Shown piece by piece: positions 1 through 8,200 of a DNA stretch of 64,000 nt; the first letter of the stretch is position 1, and each line of letters opens with the position of its first letter. The translations under genes and the position numbers were made by a program. Source of the DNA: Microbacterium sp. (GTDB lineage Bacteria > Actinomycetota > Actinomycetes > Actinomycetales > Microbacteriaceae); contig NZ_JBLXHF010000008.1 of assembly GCF_048259935.1 (NCBI RefSeq), positions 25,631 through 89,630 of the forward strand. Direction: 5' to 3'. A model generated the notes under the pieces. That model worked only from the letters and a program-made list of their open reading frames with translations, searched no databases and had not been told where the DNA came from.

Positions 1-1427
1 CGCGGCATGAAGAACGCCGTGATGTAGGGCATCATGACCGGAACCGTCCGTGCGCCGGTGGCAGCGAGTTCTGCGATCTGGTCCTCAGGGACGCCGAGGT
101 GATAGAGCCATTCCTGCGTGATCTCCTCGCCGGTGCAGTCCTGCATCGCCTTCTTCACGTAGTTTCCCTGTGCTTCAGGGAACAGCCCGTATACCCACAC
201 GACGATCTGGTCCTTGGGCTGCTTCTTGAAGTGCGGCTGGCGGTTGACAGTCCACGACATCAGCCAGTTCGAGTCCATGACGGTCACGATGCCGCCTGTG
301 ACGACCTTGCCGCTGAATGGATCGCGTTTGGAGATCTTCTGAATGTACTCAGGAATTCGTGCATCCAGGGTGGTGACCGTCGCCGACTCCCACTTCGTCT
401 GAGGGATGTGCGATCCGAAGACATCAGGGTTGCCGAAAGACTCGTCCTGCGCGGCGATACGGCGCCAGAGGTCCCAGGCAGGCGCGGGCCCCGTGTTCAG
501 CTTCGCCGGGGTCTTGTGGTCACCGTCATCGGAGTTCTCGGTGAGCGAGCCGATCGTCATGAACAACAGATCGTCGTCGGTGAGGTCGATCTGCTTCGCC
601 TCGCCGCGCTCAATGATATGAACCCGGCTCGCCTGCTTTCGCTTCTCACCCGTGTCGATCTCGAAGTCGATGTCAGTGACGACGGTGCCGTACTGGAATC
701 TGACGCCATGATCGGTGAGCCACTTCACCAACGGCATGACCAGCGACTCGAACTGGTTGAAGCGTGTGAACTTCAGGGTGGTGAAATCGGGGAGACCCTG
801 AATCTGGTGGATGAAGCGGTGCAGATACAGCTTCAGCTCGAGCGCGGAGTGCCACTCCTCGAAGGCGAACATCGTGCGCCAGTAAAGCCAGAAATTGCTG
901 TCGAGGAACGCGCTCGTGAAGACCTCGTCGATGCGCTTGTCCTCCATCTCCTCCGGCAAAGCGGTGAAGATGTTCGAGATCTCCTGCTGCGCCTTCGCAT
1001 TCAGGTCGAACTTGAAGTCCGTGCCGCCGTCCTCGCCCTGGTTCTTGGTCGTGCGGCGCAATGTGGAGTTGGGGTCGTCGCGGTTGAGCCAGAAGAACTC
1101 GTCGAGAACGCTCACGTTCTCTTCTTCGAGCGAGGGGATCGAGCGGAACAGATCCCAGAGACACTCGAAGTTGCTCTCCATCTCGCGACCGCCGCGGATG
1201 ACGAAGCCCTTCTCCGGTACGTCGAGACCGTCCAGGGCGCCACCTGGGAGGTCCTGCTGCTCGAAGATCGTGATCCGCGAGCCGTCCATCTGGCCATCGC
1301 GAATGAGGAACGCGGCACCGGCGAGAGCCGCAAGCCCCGATCCCACGAACCATGCCCGTTTGGAATCAACGCCTTCAGGCTTCCTCGGTCGGGCGAATGC
1401 CTCGTAGTTGCCACTTGTGTAACGCAC
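1..1427 (-). CDS. Oleate hydratase (MCRA / FAD-dependent fatty-acid hydratase family); 3' end runs off the window
   Basis: This minus-strand frame is not in the ORF track because it has no stop inside the window. My translation from GTG at 1427 (GAAGGAG 5 nt upstream) reads VRYTSGNYEAFARPRKPEGVDSKRAWFVGSGLAALAGAAFLIRDG ... MDSNWLMSWTVNRQPHFKKQP ... VPVMMPYITAFFMPR. These are conserved N-terminal FAD-binding and C-terminal blocks of oleate hydratases. The 99..2225 plus ORF is its antisense shadow. Confidence 0.85.
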   Translation of the reverse strand, partial: MRYTSGNYEAFARPRKPEGVDSKRAWFVGSGLAALAGAAFLIRDGQMDGSRITIFEQQDLPGGALDGLDVPEKGFVIRGGREMESNFECLWDLFRSIPSLEEENVSVLDEFFWLNRDDPNSTLRRTTKNQGEDGGTDFKFDLNAKAQQEISNIFTALPEEMEDKRIDEVFTSAFLDSNFWLYWRTMFAFEEWHSALELKLYLHRFIHQIQGLPDFTTLKFTRFNQFESLVMPLVKWLTDHGVRFQYGTVVTDIDFEIDTGEKRKQASRVHIIERGEAKQIDLTDDDLLFMTIGSLTENSDDGDHKTPAKLNTGPAPAWDLWRRIAAQDESFGNPDVFGSHIPQTKWESATVTTLDARIPEYIQKISKRDPFSGKVVTGGIVTVMDSNWLMSWTVNRQPHFKKQPKDQIVVWVYGLFPEAQGNYVKKAMQDCTGEEITQEWLYHLGVPEDQIAELAATGARTVPVMMPYITAFFMP

Positions 1428-1622
1428 ATGCACTCCTTCGGTGACTCGTCGGCTGGTAGACCGACGCTCGACAGCTCAGACGCTCTCAGAGTAGAGCGGC
1501 GTAGATGCGACATGCGCCCTAAGGTCGAATATTCACCCACTGCGGCACCATCACGACACCCGAGGAATCACCCGCCGTGCACTTGCGCACTCACCCGCAG
1601 CCCGATACTGCCCCGCTCGGGC

Positions 1623-2294
1623 CTAACCAGTAACGGGGCTGGTGCAAGCACCACCCGACTCACCCGCTTCTCTGTCAGCCGAGGCGAGCACCCGCCCGGC
1701 TGGGTCGAGCACTTGCACGTACACGACCGAGCCCTCGGCCTCGTACTCGGTGAGCGCCTGTGTGCAGAGCTCGAGAGCGATGCCTGCACTGTTGATGCCG
1801 AGCACCGACACGAACACTTCACCCGAGTCTTCGCCGACCACCGTCTCGAAGTCGGCGAGGTGAGCATCGGCCGGCGCAAGGCCAGCATCGGGTGGCGCGC
1901 CAATCGTGACGTAGCTTCCGCAGGCAGCCATCACCCAGGTCTGCACGTCGAGGAGTGCCTGCAGCCGTTCCTGGGTGTGGGCGTCGACCGCGCCCACATC
2001 GACCGAGACCGCGTCCGTCCTGTCGGACGCAAGCGACAGTGTGGGAGGCTCACTGAGCAGCAGCGCGGCGGGCTGCAGTTCCTCAGGCAGCTCAGAAGCC
2101 AACGCGATGGTGGCTTCGGTAAGCGCTTCCGGGTCGTCGGCAGGAGTGAGCGAGAGTGTATCGGCGGCTCGGCACGCATCCATCGAGGAGAGCCCCGCGT
2201 GTATCTCACTCGTGCAGCCCGCTGACATGAGCAGCAGCGGCACGAGAAGTAATGGGGCGAGGATCGCGGTTGCCCTCGAACGCTGTCTGTTCAT
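1623..2294 (-). CDS. Secreted lipoprotein (223 aa), unknown function, translationally coupled to the giant gene upstream
   Basis: The internal Met at residue 50 of ORF 1623..2441 gives MNRQRSRATAILAPLLLVPLLLMSAGC, a signal peptide plus lipobox (LMSAGC). Its ATG (2294-2292) overlaps the TGA (2293-2291) of the 2291..10300 ORF as ATGA. Confidence 0.7.
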   Translation of the reverse strand: MNRQRSRATAILAPLLLVPLLLMSAGCTSEIHAGLSSMDACRAADTLSLTPADDPEALTEATIALASELPEELQPAALLLSEPPTLSLASDRTDAVSVDVGAVDAHTQERLQALLDVQTWVMAACGSYVTIGAPPDAGLAPADAHLADFETVVGEDSGEVFVSVLGINSAGIALELCTQALTEYEAEGSVVYVQVLDPAGRVLASADREAGESGGACTSPVTG

Positions 2295-5200
2295 AGCCCG
2301 TAGTCCTCGTCGAAGCGTTCGAAATCTGTATTCGAGATGGGGACTGCGTCTCTCAGGAAATCTGGGGTGGCAGCTGCCATGCAGCCGGCAATGTGGTCGC
2401 CCATGTCTGAGTCCCACGCATCCGAGGCCGAACCGTCCCAACCGACGCCTTGCGGACCGTTGACGATGTTGTAGACCTCGAGGCCGGTATCGACCGCGGA
2501 CATTGCTTTGTCGACGCCTGCGCCTACGCCCGTGAGCTGCCCTAACTTGCCAGTGATTTTACCCGCGAGATAGAGGTCGGAGAGCGCTTGGGAGAGTGCT
2601 GCGCTGTTGTCGCCCGTGTCAATGCCGATCGCTTTGAACCCCGAGCCGACCGTGTCGTATGCGGACTTCTCTGCAGAAGAAGTGTCTTGTGAGACGTCGC
2701 GAGATGCCCCGCCGCCCTGGGAAGAGAGCGACGCTGAGGCCACACAGGTGAAGCCTGAGTACATCCAATCGAGTGCTTGCGAGGGGTAGCTGAAGTACTT
2801 GGTCACGCTTGTCGGAACGCCGATCCTGTTGAGGAGGTCGCCGACGAGTGAGAGCATTTCGAAGGATTCGCCGAGCAGCGACGCTGGGGGCACTTCTTGC
2901 ATGAACGTGCCTGCGACGTACGCGACCCCGCCGAGCGCTTTCTTCGCGGCGACAGCGAGCTGGTTGCCCGCCTCGGTGAAGAAGTCTGCGGCCTTTTCAT
3001 CCCAGCTCTTTCCGCGGTAGCGGTGTTCTGCAGCCTTGTCGGCGTCCATGATCGCGACGGCGACTTTCACCTTGCCGGTTTCTTCGAGGTCCCCGCTCCA
3101 GCCCTGCCAGATGTTACCGCCCGGCACTTCGCCGAAAAGGGCGACAGCGGTGCCGCCAATGTAGTGACCCGTGTAGACGTTGTTCTCGTCGAGGCCGCCA
3201 GCCGGGGCACCCGGGCAGTTTGGCTGGGGCACCTGGGTGACACGGTGGGCTTTGCCTGAGACGGTGAGCGTGTGGCAGAGCACTGCGTAGGCGGCAGTGA
3301 CGGCGACGGTCGGCGCGGTGGCATCGACGGTGTAGCTTGCGGTGCGCGGATCGTCGGTGCTCACCTCGGCGACTCCACCCCAGACGCCGAACTCGTAGCC
3401 CCGTTCGTCGGCTCCCGCGGTGAAAGTGAGGTCGGTGCCGATGAGCCAGGCATTCGAGTTGAACGGACAGTTAGGAGCGGGAGAGATCTCGATGAAGGTG
3501 CCGGTGCGCTGCAGCGCGATGCGTGGTTCGCCGGTGACGTCGGTGATGCCGACATACGGCGACACCTCCTGGCACGCATACGCGGTGAGGGTGCGGTTGC
3601 CGCTCTCGGTGAGATGGACAGTGGATCCCCGGGTTCCGGTGCCAACGCTTGGCACCGGGCTCGTGCCGCTGCCACCGACGACCCAGCCGAGCTGTGGGTT
3701 GCCCGTTGTGGACCGTGCGGCGATGGTGATCTGGTCTTTGGTGGTCTCGCCCGCGAGACGCGCGGTGGTCCAGCCCGTGAGCAGGTCACCCTTGTCGCAC
3801 TTCGAGACTCCTCTTGCGCTGTCTGGATCGACCTGCACTTCGATGCCCGGGGCTCCTGGGCCTACGGTGAGCGGCGTGCATTCGTCTCGGAACATGTATG
3901 CCGGGCGAAGGGTGAGTGACGAATCGATGGTGAAACTCGCCGAGGCTCGAGAGAACTCGTCTGCGATTGCCGGGTTGCTCGCGGCGTCAGGATGATTCCA
4001 TGAGATGAACCGCAGCTGGAAGTCTTGGTCGCGTAGGCGAGTCGTCCACACATCTACGGCACTCCCACTGCGGTAGCGCCATGTGCCCTCTGCCGGTGGC
4101 GCACCAACCGGGCAGTTTGAGGCGCTCGCCGCGACCGAATTGCGGTCAGGGGTGAGGTTGTCGACAGTGAGCGTGTGGCATTCACTGAAGCGGATCATGG
4201 CCGTGTTGCCGCCTGGCAATGCCCGCATCGTGAAGGAACCGACACCAAGCAGGTGGTCGGCTGGATCATCCGAGAGCGAGAACGACCCCGCGGAAGCCGC
4301 ATCTGCCACGAAGCCGAAGACCGTTGGGTCGGGTACCACATCCCACACAACCTCTGTGCCCTGCCGGTACTCGTCAGGGCGGAAGGCATCGGCACAGTTC
4401 GGTGCGGAAGTCGCTGAGACCCGTCCGGCACCTTCAGCGGTGAGCGAGACCGGCAGACACGGATCACCGAACTGAGCCTGGATACTGACGGCTTCGTGCA
4501 CGGTGAAAGCACCTGGCATGCGCTGCTGCCAGAGGGTGGCGTTCAAGGCTGCATTCACTGCCGGTTCGCTGCTGCCTGCCATGCGGGCCGCATAGAACTC
4601 TTCACCCTGCGTGGTGTTCGCAGCTGGGGCGAGTACCGTTCCCCCCACAAACCATCCGACGACAGCCGTGCTACGCAGGCCGTCAACATTCGCGCCAGGC
4701 GAAGACTCAAGTTCCGGTACGCCCGGGCAGTTTGGCTGTTGCCCGAACGTCAGGTGACTCGAAAGCGGGCCGCCGGTGGCGCTGATCTGCTGCAGCGTGA
4801 CCGGGTAACAGGCGGTGACCTTGGCAAAGTCTGCGTAGATATCGGTGGTCTGACCTGGAGCCTTTCCGACTGTGAACCAGAAGAGACCTCCCACTGCGGT
4901 GTCGGCCTTGCGGTTACTGACCGTCATCAATTCGTAGCGCCAGCCCGGGCTGTCGGAGGCGGCGGGGGTCGCGCGCACCGCGACCTTGGTGCCCGCGCGG
5001 AAGTCTCCGTTTGTGCACTTCGGGCCGTCGACGGTGGCCAGCGACAGCGTTCCCATCGCGCTGGAGTTGGTGCGAATGATGAGCGGGTAACAAGCTAGCG
5101 GGGTGAGGCTCTGCTGCCAGGTCGTGGCTGCATTCCAGAGCTCGTTGCCCGGGTACTCGGCGCGAATCTTCTGGACAGCTCCGGCCGCGGCGAGACCGTA

Positions 5201-8200
5201 GCTGAACTCGCAGTAACCGGTCGCGTCTCCCCGGCAGATGGCTCCCTGCGGGATTCCGCTGAGGGTTGGCCTGACGCCCGGCCCATCGAGGTGCCAGTCC
5301 ACGCGAACGGGGGTGCCGGTCTCGAGCTCAGCGGTGTTCACACCCGGGTAGGTCACATTGACCGTCAGCGCCGGCGTGCGCTTCGAGGCGGTTCCGAGCG
5401 CGACCGACGTTTCTCGGGCAACGTAGTTGGTATCAGCCGCGATGCTCGCCTCCACCGTCACGAGCCCTGGCCGCTCGGGCGTGCATCGGTAGTCGATGCC
5501 GTCGAGCGCACACGGGGTTCGGTCTGAAAGTGTGACGGTGAGGGCACCGCTCGGCAGCGGGAGTGATGATGCACCCGGAGCCGAGGACGGGAAGGCATTG
5601 ACCTGCACCCGCAGTTCGTCTCCCCACTGGATTTCAGAGGGGATGTTTTGAGGCGTAACTCTGAGCACAGGAGTGAGCTTCTCGACCGGCACGGTGACAG
5701 ACGTCTCGGCGAAGGAATGAATGCCGTCGTACGAGCGATACATGACAGTGAACTTCTGAACGCCGCCGAGCAGTTTCATGAACGGGATGGTGACCGTTGC
5801 TTGAGACGTGAGTGAGCCGCTGGCGCCGGGAACAACCCAGCCGGTCCCCACCGCTGATCCACCGAGCAAAATGTCGACGTCGCCCTCGGGGGCGCTGCCG
5901 CCCGTGGCGTTCAGGTCGCGAACATCGACGATGACGGTGGCGTCCTGGCCGACCGAAAGTGCTCCGAAGACGGGGGCAAGGCTTACTGTGCGGCCAGTGA
6001 CCTCATGCTGCGCGAGCGCCGAGGTGGAGTTCGCGTTCATGCCGTCATTGGCGACATACTCTGCCCGCAGATCGTAGGCACCGATGGGCAGATCGTCGAT
6101 GGCGAAGGCTGCCACTCCGCGATCGCCGTCGAAGTCGCTGATGAAGGTTTGCCGCACGACGGTGTCGCCGTTGTAGAGCCAGATACGGCCCGCAGGCCGA
6201 TCGCTTGTCCAGAGCACGTCGACTCGCACTGTCGCGGTGAAGGTGGTGCCGCGCGGGGTGCTTCCGCTCGGGCTCACCAGCAACAGGGTTTCGGTCTCGC
6301 GACCGAGCACAGTGAATGACTTTTCGGGGGAGGTGGCCTCGAGGTATCCGTACGCGCCGCTGAATCTTGCAGTGAGCAGGTGATCGCCGATGGCGAGGGA
6401 CCCGGGGGCAGAGAGAGTGAAATTGACGGTGGATCCGCTGCCCTGCGACAGCGTCTTCGAACTGATCAGTGTGTCGCCTGCGAAGAGGTCGATGGCCCCG
6501 CTTGTTGGCACCGGGATGCTGCCCGGGATGCTGAGGTCGACGGCGATGTTGGCCTGCTCGCCGACGGTGATGCGGTCTACGCCGCCGATACCGAGCTCGA
6601 CCGGTGCCGCATTGACGCGAACCGAGGTCGACGCAGAGGCAGCGGCAAGCTCGGCGGTGCCAGAGTAGCGTGCACTCACGTCGAAGAGCTCACCTGCACC
6701 GTACGGGGCGACGACGGTGAAGGTGGTTGTGCCGTCAGCGCCGACGATCTGTGTCGGCTGGCTGCCGAGCAGCGAGCCGGTGAGCGTGACCGTGCCTCCC
6801 GAAGCGGTGGCGGGGCTGCGCGGATCCACGCTCACGCGAACGGTGACCTGGGCAATTTCGCGGGAGATGAGCGCATCTGGGGAGACGCTCACCTCGAGGC
6901 TCGTAGTTGCAGTCGATACTTCAAGAGTCGACTGCATGCTGCTCTCGCCTACGATGCCTGTGACTCCGATGAACCTGGCCTTCACGGTGTGCGAGCCGGT
7001 AGTCATGGGAGAAACGATCGCAAGCTTGGCGGTGCCGTCTGCGCCGATGACGGCGGTGCCGACTGCCTGGTCGTCGACCGAGAACTCGACCTCGCCACCA
7101 GTCAATGCGGTGAGTGCCGCCGGCACCTGGCTGGTGACCGTTGCGGTGAGTTCGGTTGCTTCGCCGACGGTCGTTGACGCAGGGTTCGCGACGAGGGAAG
7201 TGGTCGAACTCCAGGCTCGCACGAGCACGCTGAGGCTGGTGCTCGACGAGCCGTGGATCCTAGACCCTGGGTAGCTGATCAAAAGCTCGTCATCGCCCAG
7301 CCCGGCACCGGGAATGGTGATCGTGACGGTGCCTGCGGAGATGGTTCCGCTTGCCACACGCGTGCCCTCCGTGCGCTCGACGATAATGTCGCCGGCGGGT
7401 CCCCCGGTCGGGGCGTGCACGAACTCCGCCACGTCGACGACGATCTGGTACTCCTCGCCGACCCGCGGGTGTGTGGTGGGCCCGTGCGCGGTCAGCTGAG
7501 TGGCAACGTGTCGCACCATGAAGGTTGTCTCGGTGATGTCGGTGTCAGCGAACTCACCCGGGCGGTCACTCAGGTAGCGTGCCTGGATGACGTGCTCACC
7601 CAGCCCGAGCGACATGCTGAACGGCACAGGGTTATCGGTGCCGACAGTGAGCGTTTGCCAGGTTGTGGTGCCCTTGAGTCGCACTTGGAGACGACCATCG
7701 GTGGGGCGCACTGCGGTTTCCCCGGCGATGTAGGCCTCGAAACCCTGCGCGGTCCCAGGGGCTCCGGGTGTGACGAGGAGGAGCTGGATGCTGGGGACCG
7801 CGGCGCGCATCGAGATCTCGGCGGTTTCTTGAGTGGCTGTGTGCGTAGTGGATCCAGAGAGAGTCGCCGTGATCTCGACTTTGCCGCCGGAGTTCCCGCG
7901 AACGTCTTCAAGGTACAGAGATACCTCGCGTTCGCTGCCCTGCAATACGAAGTCGCGAACGTCGGCACCTACGGTGACCGTGAGCGTGGTGCCTGTGGGG
8001 ATACGGTCTGAGCCCGGGGCAACTTCCACCCCCACAGTGAGCGTGGTGGATGAACCGCGAGGCATCTCCCATCCGTTGCTCGAATCGATGCTGAGCATGA
8101 CGTTTACGGCGTCGACGCTGTGCGTCACAGGTAGTGACGTCGCGTCTTCGTGTTGCCCATCGCTGCTGATGAACTGCGCGCTCAGCGTGTGCGTGCCGAC

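Noticed and set aside
99-2225. 708-aa plus-strand ORF, the longest ORF in the first 2 kb
   Set aside because: It is antisense to the recognisable oleate hydratase frame (1-1427) and to the lipoprotein gene. Its translation is low-complexity and Arg/Leu/Val/Asp-rich, typical of shadow ORFs in high-GC DNA.
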